The notes beneath the pieces are model-generated. The model was not told the DNA's origin. It saw only the letters and a list, made by a program, of their open reading frames with translations, and searched no databases. The translations under genes were made by a program, and so were the position numbers. A stretch of 62,110 bases of DNA, the filler included, from Sphacelaria rigidula (Eukaryota), in assembly GCA_964200075.2 (NCBI GenBank). It is 8 parts of 8 records of this genome, joined end to end, with 100 filler letters (N's around TTAATTAATTAA, not from the genome) between each part and the next. Parts side by side here need not be neighbours in the genome. Positions count along the whole stretch, not along the records: positions 1 to 7,677 come from CAXNAA020013823.1; positions 7,778 to 15,454 come from CAXNAA020013824.1; 6 more parts are not named here. One strand, 5' to 3'. Within the stretch, counting starts at the first letter, position 1. Each line of letters begins with the position of its first letter. This document shows positions 1 to 12,300 of the stretch, in pieces.

Positions 1-4
1 AAAG

Positions 5-35
<31 letters not shown>

Positions 36-71
36 GGAAAAGAAAGGAGAGACAAGGCAACAATGTAAGGG

Positions 72-105
<34 letters not shown>

Positions 106-760
106 GTCTATACTATCAATATGCAAGATTCCTGGGGTCCCAATAAAAGTGCGATTGATTGAGTGACTTTTTCTAAACATGGCTTGTGTTGGTAAACACT
201 GGACGACGGGGTTTTCATGAACTATGTGAATTCATATGGGAGGTATACGCCGTCCAACCAGCATATCCCGCCTGGTTCGCACAATACACAGGCGTGTCGA
301 TATTCACACGTTACTAATGTATGGGATCTCTATATTCAGCGAAAGCTGTTAAGAGTTATTCATCCTTTGGCCCATGTATACATGGATTGGGGGGCAAAAG
401 GATGAATTACTTTCAACAACTTTTTTGCGTGTCGGATCCCATACGCTGGTAACGGTGCCGTATGCGGGGTATGCACAGCTGACGCTGTTTGCAATAAATA
501 TTTTTTCCCCCAATTTCAGGATGAATTGGAGGGCGAAGTGAAGATTTATTTCGAGCTTCTTCTGCTGTTCAAATTCCAAATCTGCCAGTGTGCATGGGAT
601 TTGCGCAGCAGGAAAAGCTGTTCGATTGAGATCCGTTTTTCGCCCATTTTGAAAATGCGCGAAAAAAGGATCTATTTTGAATAGGTTCTTCTGCTGCTCG
701 AAACATACATATATACTTTTTTGCCCAAATAAATTGGGCGAGAAAAGGATCTGTTTTGGA

Positions 761-846
761 TAGCGTGTCCTGCTGTCCGATAAATTCCTTTTTGCCCGAT
801 TCAAATCGGGTAAAGATGAATTTACCTCGGACAGCAGGACACGCTA
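761..846. repeat. Inverted repeat/hairpin with perfect 20-bp arms
   Basis: TAGCGTGTCCTGCTGTCCGA (761-780) is the exact reverse complement of TCGGACAGCAGGACACGCTA (827-846). The inner sequence is also partly palindromic, and a related motif lies at about 5205-5272. Confidence 0.85.
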
Positions 847-1099
847 TTTAATATATATAAATTTACAGACTTTGTGCCGAAATATTGGGAATTAAAAAAA
901 AAAAAACGTCAGGGTTTTCTACCAAAACACTACCACATGACTGTGCAGGGTTTTGCCGACGTGCCTACACAGGGCTGCAAATTCAAACCTGGGGAACACC
1001 CTATCGCAACACTATGAGAGGTGCAGATTTGCATTTTCACTGTCAGGTTTTTTTCACAAAGACGGCGGAGGATCCTGTACGGACCCTGCCACAGGGTGC

Positions 1100-2501
1100 T
1101 ATCTGCCCACGGGTGTTGGGTACATGGGGGTGATGAAAACCGTCAGCTACAGTAGTCATCACGACGCCCTTTCGTGCAGCATGCGCACAAGTGCAGTCAA
1201 TAGGACGTGAGAGGGAAGCGAGCAAAGTGCAGTACAGACAGTGCAGGATTATATATGTTATTTCTGCTCACAGTGCGGTGTAAAACGGTCTTGAACAGTG
1301 TGCGCAGCTTGGTCTGCCTGCGCTGTTGTTCACGACTTTGTGTGCAATTAGTCGTCGGTTATTGCCCGCACCATACCACGCGCAAATCCGTCGCTGTGAT
1401 CCCTACCATGACAGAAGATACTCAAGTTTTACCAACAAAATATACATCATGCCCAACTACGGTAGTGTGTATCTATATCCCTGTGCTCAATTCGTGCTCT
1501 TTGTTGCAGGGTTTTGGTGGTAGCTGCGGGAATAAGTGTTATGGGGTTTGCATGGTTCAATCTGTGAACAGCGGGTGATACATACATCTGGCGTGACGGT
1601 CAATACCACGAGAGTATTTCTGGGGTCCCAAAGGTGCCCTGGAAGCAGTAAGATTACTTCTTATGTAAAAAAATGCAACTTGTTGAAAAGTGCGTTTTTG
1701 GCCCTTCTTCGTCATTTTCCCCCAGAAGAGGGGGCTAGGCGGATGTTGACACTTTGGAATCACTTTCTCTATTCGCTGAGGCCGTTCGAGAGCACCTTTG
1801 CGTTTTCCGTAGGTCACGGTTTCGGTTTTGGCCAAACTTGAATTTTCAACAACGGTCAATCAACGAAAATAATGTCGTCAATTTCCCCCCTGACTTTGAT
1901 AACTTGACCATTTTGTTATTGGAGATGCAAGTTAGGCCCATACCGAAACTGTGACCTACGAGAAACGCAAAGGTGCTATGATGGAACGGTCTCAGGGAGT
2001 ATAGCAAGTAATTTCAAGGTGTCGACATCCGCCTAGCCCTCTTTTCGGGGGAAAAACGACGGAGAAAGTCCCAAAATGCACTTTTCAGCATTTTGTACTT
2101 ACATTAGTAGCCTTAGGACACAGGTGCACAACAAGTGTAAATTTACACGCTGGAGGATGCTGCACGGTTATGCTCTCCGGAGTCGCAACAAATGCCCCCA
2201 GAGGCCATAGTCGGTCCCTCCTGCAGAGGAGAGATGCTCATGTTTCCCTCCGAAGTTCCCTCTAACGACGTTTATGAAAACCACGTGCTCCAGAGCACCA
2301 TATTTTCGGTACCCTGGAAGGATTCAGAACTCAGAAGTCACTGGAGCATCAGATGCCCTTCAGGAGATTCGTTTTATGGCCGGAACTGAGTATGAGATAC
2401 CCTCTGAAGGGTATTCTTATCCTCCGGCGGGGCACTTTACCCTCGAGAGGATGAAAATCGCGATGGGGGGTTTCCAAACACGAACCGAATGGCCGCGTGT
2501 G
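1100..2501 (+). mobile_element. Right part of a non-autonomous TIR DNA transposon, same family as 4991-7258, interrupted by a MITE
   Basis: About 1100-1650 plus 2114-2501 align with about 6370-7258. It ends CCGAATGGCCGCGTGTG, the reverse complement of the CACATGCGGCCATTCGG start at 4991. A third partial copy lies at about 2975-3320, and an inverted copy of the left part at about 170-660. Confidence 0.7.
1651..2113. mobile_element. Foldback MITE (~460 bp, near-palindromic)
   Basis: Arms of about 200 bp are reverse complements, e.g. GGGCTAGGCGGATGTTGACAC vs GTGTCGACATCCGCCTAGCCC. It is flanked by TA/TA. The paralogous host copy has an empty site AAGCAG-TTA-GGACAC at 6861-6875. Confidence 0.85.
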
Positions 2502-3619
2502 CCCCTTGATGAGAGGATTAATCAACACGTTGTGCGGATCACGGCCCAGCTCAGACAGATAAGAATATAAGCCGCGTCATGTTGGAGCGAAGGAATCATG
2601 AGAGTCAGGCCCACTTTACCGTCCGTGAATTGCTGTCATGTATGTATCGGGAACATTGAGTTTGAGATATCTATACTAAATAAAGTATGTCTTGCACCGC
2701 AAACTTTCTTTCATGGATCGTGCAGTGTTGCTTCCCGCTGTCAGGGCGTGTCTTGGCACTTTTCGTTTCGATCGAAAAAAAGGGACGGTGGAATCGATTC
2801 GAGCGAAAATTTCTCGTTCTGATGCAGTTGGGTCCAGATTGATTTTAAAGTTTATGATCGAAAATTCGTGAAACGGTACGTGGTCACTCGTGTACATTAC
2901 AGACAGTTTGTACTGTCTGCGCTGCTTGCAAGCAGGGTGTCTTGAGTGCGTGTGTGCGTGTTTCGTGTAGGAGGATATAGAGGAGAAGCGGGCAAAGTGC
3001 AGTTCAGACAGCCCAGGACGATCAGTTCCCTCTGCTTACAATACAACGTGGAAAGGGCTTCAGCAACGCGCACTTTTTTTGTGCCTGCACTGTCCATGAG
3101 CGTGCACGCAACTCGGTTGCCCACGGTACCACGCAGTTGCGTCGCTGATGCCCTCCATTAGAGGAGATGCGCAAGTTTTCGCCGACAAGAAATAAAAGAA
3201 GCACACCCGACTTCTGCAGTGTATCTATCCCTGTACTCAACTCGTGCTCTATGCTGCAGGGTTGCGGTGGTAGCTCAGAATGAATTGGATGGAGTTCGCA
3301 TGATCCTGTGAACAGGTGTTATTTGGCGTGGTGGCCTCTAAGATAGGAGTCAAGTGCCGCTTCTCGCCTTTCGACCACATGCTTTCGATTGAAAACGATT
3401 GTTTCTTGCCTCGTTGCATTCTTCTCCGCGCGCCGCTAATTATAATTTTGAGTTGAACCCTTCAAAGGACGTAAATGCGGCGGACCTATCAGATCGACAA
3501 AAACAAACGACCGCACTTTTTCGATCGAAAAAAAAGGTGCGAAGACACGCCCTCACCCTACAATATATCCTACAGGCTGGTTCACGTTCATCACCCAAAA
3601 AACACTCATCGTCAAAACC

Positions 3620-4310
3620 TCACGCGGTTTTAAGGAGTCAGACCCTGAAATTTCGCGCAGATGTTCTATGCGGCATTACGCAACTTTCGAAGGTCGAGGT
3701 TCTTTTTCCAACGTTTTGATGTTCTTCGCCGTTTTTCGGGGGTCCCAGTTTTTTCGGGGAAACATCAATCCAATCGGACCCCCGTGAAACGGTAAAAAAA
3801 GCAAAACTCAAACAACCTCGTTCATCTAAAGTTGCGTTATGACCCATAGCACAGTTGTGCAAAATTTCAGGGTTCAACTCCTTGAAACGGCGAGAGAGTT
3901 TTTGCTTTTGTGCGATGAAGTTTGCCAAGCCGCGGTGAAACCACAAAGTATTTGATTTTCGTGCGAAAGCGGCGTTTTAGGACCTTCTTTGACGTGAACA
4001 TGAATTTAAGCATTACTTGATCGAGGTTTTCGACGAAATTTTGTGGGGCCCTCCCTTGGGCTATGCGGCGACAGCTCGTTTGCGAATATATATACATATA
4101 TGTCGTAGTTCCGGTTTTCCGGAGTCCCAGAATGGAGACTATACTGCGAAAAACGACTCGGATCTAGCCGGATCCCCTCGAAAGGTGAAAAACTCAAGAC
4201 GTGAAAAACCCTCGTCCATGGAAAGTTGCGTAAAGACAAGTATTTGTACAAAATTTCAGGGTCTAACTCCTGATAACGGCGTGAAGGTTTGCGCGTTTGT
4301 CGAGGACGTG
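3620..4310. repeat. Three ~100-140 bp related modules (one inverted, two direct), probably transposon subterminal repeats
   Basis: The module AAAGTTGCG...AAAATTTCAGGGT..AACTCCT occurs at about 3780-3900 and 4170-4295, with an inverted copy at about 3620-3715. A separate inverted pair lies at about 2741-2790 and 3505-3556. Confidence 0.6.
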
Positions 4311-4566
4311 GGCTTGAAACGTACAACTCCTAACCACTTGGTTTTCGTATAGAAACCTTTTTATCGGTGAATTTCATGTCAAGGGAAGGAACACTGTATG
4401 ACATTTTCGAGTTAGTTTCTCCACCAAACTTTGTACGTGTGTTGCTTGGACTGCCTCCGTGACGAATCATACTATAATTCGGGGGGGGGGCATCCTGTAC
4501 CGTCTTTCTAGTGTCTTCGTACTGAGACCTCCGGAAGCCGGTAGAGAACGGAGAAACTATTAATAG

Positions 4567-4990
4567 CAGTGGATTCTCGAAAATGGGGTTGAAGAACAAA
4601 ATGAGATTCAACTCAAAAGCCGTGCTTTCCGTGACCTAAATGCGTGACAAATGGCTTTCATACGGACGATCTTATCCATCCCGACCTCTCTGAACCTTTT
4701 TCGGGAGGTTTTTAGCCTTCCGTTCCCTCAAAGAGTATGTGCGAAAGCACATTTTTGCCTCGATTTCGCGATCAGAAAAGGACGTTTTTTGGCCCAAAAA
4801 TTGTGCTTTCCTTTCGCACGTACCCTTTGGGGAAACGGGAGGCTAGAAATCCCCCGAAACAGGTTTAGGCAGATCGGGAGGAATGGGGTCGTCCATATGA
4901 AAGTCATTTGTCATGAATTTAGGTAAGGGGAAGCACGGCTTTTGAGTTGAACCTCATTTGTTTTTCAACCCGATCTCCGAGGATCCACTG
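4567..4990. mobile_element. Foldback MITE (~424 bp palindrome with CAGTGGAT...ATCCACTG ends)
   Basis: The left arm CAGTGGATTCTCGAAAATGGGGTTGAAGAACAAAATGAGATTCAACTCAAAAGCCGTGCTT matches the reverse complement of the right end. Pairing continues for about 195 bp. No clear TSD. Confidence 0.85.
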
Positions 4991-7258
4991 CACATGCGGC
5001 CATTCGGCTACCTCGTGGAAGAATTTCTAAACGTCATCCTCGGTTCCGTCCATTTTGAAATCCCCCCTAGAGGATCTTGGGTATTCGTAATCCTCTAGAG
5101 GATTTACAATGTAGGGGCCCTCGAAGGTCCGTGTCGATATTAAAATCCCCTGGATTGTTTTTTGAGGCATAAGTGCTATGGAAATCCGGATTTTTTACAG
5201 CCGCTGCTGTCCGAAATAAATCCTAATTCCAAATAATTGGAATCGGGCAAAAATGATTTACTTCGAACAGCAGATGCTGTGCAAATCCTATATACACTCG
5301 CAGATGAGATTTGTACACCAGAAGCTTAAATCCTCATTTTACCCGCCAATACCTGAAATTGGGTAAAAAAAAAACTTTCTTGCAAGCAGCTTCTTCTGCT
5401 GTTCAAGTCCCACATACTGTACCGCGTATCAGTGGATGAGAATCGAGAGACAGAAGAAATTGTTGAAGACTTATCCCCTTGCCTACCATTTCATATATCA
5501 ATTGGGGAAGGGGATCGAAGTCTTCAACAGCCTAGGCTGGTTTCAAATCCTATACACTAATTGCGAGCGTATGTACACACAGTCATGCTAAAGAGCTTTA
5601 GCTTGTGGTTATGCTGAATCCTCTGTATGAACCCCACATATTTATACACACAGGTTTTGTAAACCCCGTAGTCCCGTGTTCACAATTAACACCCAAGTAC
5701 CGCATTTTTTTTAGTAACACGCGAAAAATTATGATCGCGGTCTATTCCGTACGTTGATGACGATATGACGACCACAACAATAAGCAACACTATATTCGTG
5801 AGATTCAGAACGTAGTTTCTGATTCAGAGTGAGACCCGAAACAATCGACTTTCCCGTCGATTTTGACATCGCCACAGTTCGAGGAGTAATGCGCCCAGCT
5901 GGTGAAGCGGTGGCTTCAATTAAAGCTGTCACCTACAACCTACACGATCAATTTGACGCATCACTTGATCGCAACGACGTTGTCAGTCCATTGCAATAAA
6001 AGATCCCCTCTTTCAGGAAAAACCGATTAGTGCCTGAAACAGTTTCAGTTCCGAAATACCCCCCAGGGGTGAAAAAACTTTGTGCGGTATCTCACCAACC
6101 AGACCGCCGAAATCCTCGAATGGGGTACTGTACGGTAGCTGCATGCACACCACGTGTGCTCAAGCAAAAAAAAAAAAAGTTGCCTGTTGGGAAAGCTAGA
6201 GCATCCACGCTGAATCTGAAACTACCCTCTGAATCTCGCGAATATAGTGTTGAGCATGATTTGGTGCTGTAGTCTACTGAACTGTACAATGCCTACCATA
6301 TTGTGCTTATATACGTGCAGAGCAATATACTGCAGAGTAAGCGCGCCATATGCGCCACGTGTGGCTAAACAAAGTGGATGCCTGTACCATTGGGTGCATG
6401 GGGGTGTTATATACCGCCATCTACTGAGTATAGTTCACGACAACCGCTCTTGTAGCATGCTCACATGCTCATCGCTGCAGTCAGTTGAACGTGAAGGGGA
6501 AGCGGGAAAAGTACGGTACAGACAGCGCAGGACGATATGTATGTTTTCTGCTTACAGTGCGACGTGAAAAGGACATGAACAGTGTGCGCAACTTTGCCTG
6601 CCTGCGCACTGTCCATGGGTATATGTATGCAGTAAACCGCCGGTTATTGCCTGCACCCCACCCCGCGCATGGTTCCGGCACCGCGCGACTCCGCGACCAT
6701 AGAAGAAGATGCTCAAGTTTAAACTTCCACCAACAAGACATACACCATACGCAACTACTGCAGTGTGTATATCTATATCCCTGCACCCAACTCGTGCTCT
6801 TTGCTGCAGGGTTATTGTCGTGGTAATCTATCTAGCGTGATGGTCCTAAAGGTGCCCTGCAAGCAGTTAGGACACAAGTGCACCAGTGTAAATGTACACG
6901 CTGGAGGACGCTGCACAGCTCTGTCCTCCGGAGTCGCAACAAATGCTTTAGAGGCCATAGGCGGTCCCTCCTCTAGAGGAATGATGCTCATATTTCCCTC
7001 TGCTGTTCATATTTCCTTCTAAGGGACGTTCACGAAACCCACGTGCTCCAGAGCACCATATGTTTGGTACTCTAGAGGGATTCAGACCTCAGAAGTCAAT
7101 GGAGTATCAGATGCCCTCTGGAGGAGTGGTTTTATGACCGGAACCGAGTATGCAATACCCTCTAGGGGGTATTTTTATCCTCGGGAGGGTCACTTTACCC
7201 TCGAGAGGATGAAAGTCGCGATGGAGGATTTCCAAACACGAGCCGAATGACCGCTTGT
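4991..7258 (+). mobile_element. Non-autonomous TIR DNA transposon (CACA-type ends), ~2.27 kb
   Basis: Termini CACATGCGGCCATTCGGCT and AGCCGAATGACCGCTTGT form an imperfect TIR. Internal sequence is repeated elsewhere in the contig. No convincing ORF. Confidence 0.65.
5785..6252. mobile_element. Nested MITE with ~47-bp TIRs containing CACTA...TAGTG
   Basis: CAACACTATATTCGTGAGATTCAGAACGTAGTTTCTGATTCAG vs CTGAATCTGAAACTACCCTCTGAATCTCGCGAATATAGTGTTG. AG is present on both flanks. Confidence 0.7.
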
Positions 7259-7301
7259 ATGATCCAGATGGACTATACCCGTACCGGGATCACAGGGTTA
7301 A

Positions 7302-7396
7302 CCCTTAGACCGTGAGGGTAGTCCACCTGAGTCATGCATACCTTCAAGTAAAGGTAATGCCGATTCAACCGATGACCTACTCTCGTCGTTTAAGTG
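7302..7396 (+). mobile_element. ~100-bp piggyBac-like MITE (family A). Other copies at 18771-18872, ~22043-22140, 37353-37450 and 37622-37733; inverted partial copy at 7259-7297
   Basis: Structure is TTAA|CCCTTAGACCG...TAGTCCATCTG..TCATGCATAC...CAAAGGG|TTAA. CCC/GGG ends with TTAA or degenerate TTAA flanks match the piggyBac signature. Confidence 0.7.
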
Positions 7397-7548
7397 TCAA
7401 GTTCTGACTCGAATGTTTCCTTGGTCTGACCACCATCGTACACCTGCACCGGCTATCTGCCAACAATATTCCACAGGCAGGCACCGTAGGTAAGGTAGGT
7501 ACCCGGTACCGGTATTTGGGACATCTGATACCCTACTGATACCGACCC

Positions 7549-7675
7549 AATCCGGTATTTTGGAATCCCATACCTACGATACCTGCGATACCACGGTGTT
7601 TCGAGATTTCAATACCTACCCTACCCGCTCAATCCGGTATTTTGATATGCCATACCTACGATACCTGCGATACCA
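7549..7675. repeat. Direct repeat (~45 bp x2) at contig end, probably a transposon subterminal region
   Basis: AATCCGGTATTTTG....CCATACCTACGATACCTGCGATACCA at about 7549 and 7631. Confidence 0.6.
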
Positions 7676-7677
7676 GG

Positions 7678-7777
7678 NNNNNNNNNNNNNNNNNNNNNNN
7701 NNNNNNNNNNNNNNNNNNNNNTTAATTAATTAANNNNNNNNNNNNNNNNNNNNNNNNNNNNNNNNNNNNNNNNNNNN
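7678..7777. other. Artificial contig linker (N44-TTAATTAATTAA-N44). Identical linkers at 15455-15554, 23232-23331, 31009-31108, 38786-38885, 46561-46660 and 54336-54435
   Basis: The same 100-bp spacer with six-frame stops recurs seven times. The segments between them are 7677,7677,7677,7677,7677,7675,7675,7675 bp, i.e. length-sorted contigs. Confidence 0.98.
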
Positions 7778-7900
7778 CATTTTTCGATTTTCCTAATTCT
7801 CGACCACCCCTGAGGGGGGGGGTATAAACCGTTTTCCAGTCTGTAAGGCCCCTTGCGCAAGCACATGTTTTGCCGATGTCCTCAAAATAGTTCATCACAT

Positions 7901-8150
7901 GGTCGGAAACAATGATTGCTCCTTGATTACAGCATTAAGATCGATATTTGGATATTTAGAGGGGCTGACAGTCTCAAATACTATTATAGCTCGTCCCGAA
8001 CGTGCTTTTGTTCAAATCGGCGCCGATTCGAGGTCTGCCGACGAACACTTTTGCATAGGGCACCCTCTGCACCCCCCGTGCCCCGAGGGTTCTCTCATGC
8101 CTTGGTCGGGGTGACGGTCAGGGTAAGCGTTAGGGTTGGCGGCACCTCGT
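7901..8150 (+). repeat. Dispersed repeat family (GGTCGGAAACAATG...GGGGCTGACAG...GAGGGTTCTC...GGGTTAGGG-like). Copies at ~36790-37010 (+) and ~37103-37966 (-)
   Basis: Clear nucleotide similarity between contig 2 and contig 5 copies. The contig 5 minus copy has short TIRs GGTCGGAAACAATGG/CCATTGCTTCCGACC. Confidence 0.7.
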
Positions 8151-9357
8151 TTATACTCTTCGTTTCTGGTGTGGTCAACAGCCCTCGATCTCCTTGGGGG
8201 GCTGGTATCGCACCGACCAATGATTACAACAGTGGTCAACGACAGATCTTTTGTGACAGCCGTCTTTCTGTCTCGGGGCGTGTCTAATATCATTTTTTAT
8301 GGGAACCAATCAGAACAAATGTGAGGATAAATCCACAAGTATGAGGATTTCAGCCCGTCTCCCGTCGATTGATTTTTCGGACCCCAGTCCGTTGGGCAAA
8401 GTTTTTTCGCCTACAGTAGCTGTGAGGGAACCATGTCAATCCCCCGATTCCCCTGATGTTGGCTTTTGGTTTATCACCCTTGTGCTCAGATCGTGATACT
8501 GTACTCCCGCAACCCCCCCCCGATTCGGGGACCCAAGCAACTCATTTTTCATTTTTCGACAAAAAAAGTGCGGTGGTAAACAAAACTTTCGTTCTGATCG
8601 GTGACAGATACTGATCTGTCCGACCCGTGGAAACACACGCGGTTGGGCGTACGGTTACACGGCAGCTCGCGCAAGTTCATCAGCCTGTTGCGCGTGGTGA
8701 GCCGTCATAAGGATGGCGTCTATACATTGTGTACGATACTGTACTGTACTGCATGATTTTGGAACGGCCGTTCCACATCGGCAGTTTAAATGCAACATGC
8801 GGTGATCGGTGGACGGTTGCTCTGGTCTTCGTCTGTCTTTGACTCATCACCTTGGTTGCTGGCAGAAACATAGACAATGCCCACAGCCACAAGCATCCAG
8901 CCATCTTTCTTTCCAGGGTAGGCCACATCTCTTGCGATTAAATCATATAAGGTACCAGCAGCTACTCCAGTACAGCACAATACACAGTGCAATGTCTTGC
9001 CCCAGCTCGCAGCAGATCTGATACGTACCCAATTCTACAATCGTAGCATATCGGAACAGTTTTGGAAGAAAACGAATTGTACGCGTAGTAATTATCGTAT
9101 TCTCCGTTCTGTGTTATCTACATCTCGTCTACGTGTCTATTCCGTACGGTACTGTGAATATATTTCAAGGTAAATTTGTAGCTGTGAGCCATGTATCCGC
9201 ACCCCATAAGATAATAACGCCTCTGTAGCAAACTTGCTATTATCTGATTCATCATGTTGATCAGCCACAACCTGCACATGCTTTCCGCGTAGAAATGTCA
9301 TTGACTGAAAATACCCCATGTCTTTTGTTATACTCTACACGAACCGAGCACCGACGC

Positions 9358-12300
9358 ATGTGGTTCATTTGGCCTGTTCCGGTCGGGATGGCCACTTTTT
9401 GCGGAGCGTTTTTGTATCAGCACTTCTTCTACAGCCTCGGGCTTTTTTTGGCAACCACTCATCCCGTTCGGAGCTTCACTGTTCAGCCTAAATTCACAGG
9501 AACCGTATCATCCACGACGCTTGCCAGAACGAGCACAGCACAACAAATGATGATGGGTGTAACGGAGCGTAACGCCAGCAAGGATCTTATCGAGATCTTA
9601 CCCCCGAGAGAGCAGCTGCCGCATATGGGCGATGAGGGCCTTACGGTTGTGTCGTTCAACGTGCTTCTTCCTAATGGGAAGGATGGGTGGTGGATATATA
9701 AGGTCGGCTGGCGGTATGTGGTCGGCTGACGTTCAATCGGCCAAGGGCTTTCGCGACTTGGTAGAATGACAGCGCACCCTTCCATGAAATGAAGCATGTA
9801 GGTTGCACCCTAGACTGATGCGGAATGATGCCTGTACACTATTCGCGGATTTTGCGAGGAAGATAAGGATGCTTGGCTCGATGATGCTTGACAGGGAAAT
9901 GAGCATGTTTGCTGCGATTTGCTTGCCTGCTGGCCCGTCGTTGCCAGAGTTACCAACCGCACGTACCAGAGGAGCATAGGACGTGGCCGTATCGACAGGC
10001 TCTCATGAAAGACTATCTTCTCAAGATGGATGCCGACATCGTCTGCATCCAGGAAGCGTCGGCCGAAACGTTCGATGCAGACTTCGGATTCATGAAGGAG
10101 GCCGGGTCAGTGCGTCTGGTTGGTTGTGATATATATGGTAGGGTCAGGTTTTCTTCTTACTGTTGACATGCTAGGCGACGTCTAAAGATATTTGTTCGGG
10201 ACTCGAGGATTGTACTCCGACTAGATTCTCAGGCGTCCGCAGGACCAGCGGGAGCTGCCTACGCATACTCGTTGTGCAGATGACAAGCTGCTCTTGTTTC
10301 ACTTATGCGAACATGGCAATCGTGATGGATGATACGGTATTGGTGATATCTTTGGGGTCGGTGATGATGACGATAATCAACGACGACGGTGGTACAGTAC
10401 AACACAGCACAGCACATTAAAAATACATTTTGCAGCGACGCTTTTTTGGATGCCGAAACCCACAGTGCGCCCGTCCCTCTCTTGGTTACCCAAATAAATC
10501 AAGGGTTGACATGTGAATTACCGCACCGGTGCGATAAACAAACCACAAACACAACAGGTATGATTCCGTCCTTCATTCCAAGTTCCGCTTCCGATCTGCA
10601 ACGTTCTTCAAGACCTCAAAACTTGAGCTAGCCTGCGAGAAACACAAGGACCGCGTCCTCATAACAGGCTTTCGTACGACTGCCCGACTCTCACAACGAC
10701 CGGTACCGATATCGTCACCGCCGGCGGACAACAACTCACCCGTGCCTCCAACGCCATCAACGATGTCGCCGCCAGCGGACAAGCAGTCGGAAGTTGAGAA
10801 CTGTGACCCCACAAAGAAAGGTTCGCCCGTCGTAGAAGAACCGGCAGGATTATCAGCGTGTGCCACAGAGAAAAAGGACGAAGAAGTACTATGCCATCCA
10901 GGTGTACAGCAAGATAGACCAGTTGTGATGATGGTCAATTGCCACCTAACCGGCGGACCCGTCCCCGAGCGGCGGATGCGGCAGGTGTTCGATGCATTGG
11001 AGACCGTGCGGAAGGAAGCGGCCAGGGTTATCACCCCGCTGGGGGTAGGGGGTGGCGGTGGTGGAGGGACAGGTGGCGTGCGGGACAGTAAGAGTAAGAG
11101 CAGTGCAAATAACACCGGGAGAAAGGGGGGGAAGCAGAAATCAGGCGAGGACGGGGTGGGCAGCAACGCTGGGAAAGCGGCGAAAACATCCGTTCCAGTT
11201 ATCGTGTGCGGAGATTTCAACAGCAATGGACAGTCGGCAGTGTGGGAGTTGCTGACGAAGGGGCTGTTAAGCGCATCCTTTCGTGAAGAAGGGTACCCTG
11301 AGGTGTGTTGTCTGTCGCTCACGTGTGTTCGAAAAAGTGTCGGTTGGTGCAAGCATTACTCGGCGTCCTTTCCGGACAACTTGAAAGGGCATTCGTGCTG
11401 CAAAGTCATTTCGAGAGGATGTGTCATCAAGCGTAAAAATAGTCGGGGCGTCGCCGGGAGTTACCTGTTTCAGCGCAATGTAGATGCCACAAGTGCACCA
11501 TTGGTGGACCGGTGGAAATATGTATAAAACTGCCGGGTTGGTTGAACAATGTGCATTGGTCAGGAGGCGGAGACTACGCAACACGCGACATGTTGTGCGT
11601 GTCTTCCGAGATTGTGTTCGCAAGTAGAGCGAGGCCAGTCAGCTAGGGGACGGAGTTTATACAGACGGTGCCAGTTGGCGATAGTGTTCCGAAGTGAGGT
11701 CTGCCGCCGAAAGGGTTTAAGAGTGTTGTCGGTTGGGGTCGTTCAGAGCCGCTTGTCCGCAATAAGGATGTGTGGTTGTTTGCTAGGCTTGGTATACCTG
11801 GGATTCCGTTACACCGTGCGTTACCGTTCTTCAATGTAGATAAGCTATATCCAGTAATCGCCGATGCTGGCAGCCTCCGTACTGTGGCGCCCTGAGATCT
11901 ACGCGGCAGGATAGCTGCCTGTGATGGCTCAAAATAGCCGTTTCTATCGCGTTTAGTTTGGTCTTTTCTTGCGCAGATGAAGTCGGCGCGTCCCTCACGA
12001 ACAAGCCTATTTTTTTGGCGAGAAGGACATCCATGTTCGTGTTTCATTCCGGTTTGTGTGTCTCTTTGCCGTAACCGAACACTTGAAACATTCGCGTATA
12101 CCCCTCCCCCCCTCCCCCTCCACACCAGGTAACGATAACCTCTAAAGACAAAAAACATGGTTTCGGGCCCTTCGCTGATATGTACGAAGAGGCGTACGGC
12201 CCTGCTCCAGCTTGGGTAGGACAGCAGGGACTGAGTACAGTAGGGGGCAAATGTCCACCACCTACGTTCATGGTGCCCCTTCTGGAGCCGCACTTCTGGG

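Noticed and set aside
217-7022. Short ORFs in contig 1 as genes or a transposase
   Set aside because: No motifs, and frames are not conserved between the three repeat copies.
7722-7733. TTAATTAATTAA motif recurring every ~7.78 kb
   Set aside because: Six-frame stop linker inside N padding; an assembly artefact.
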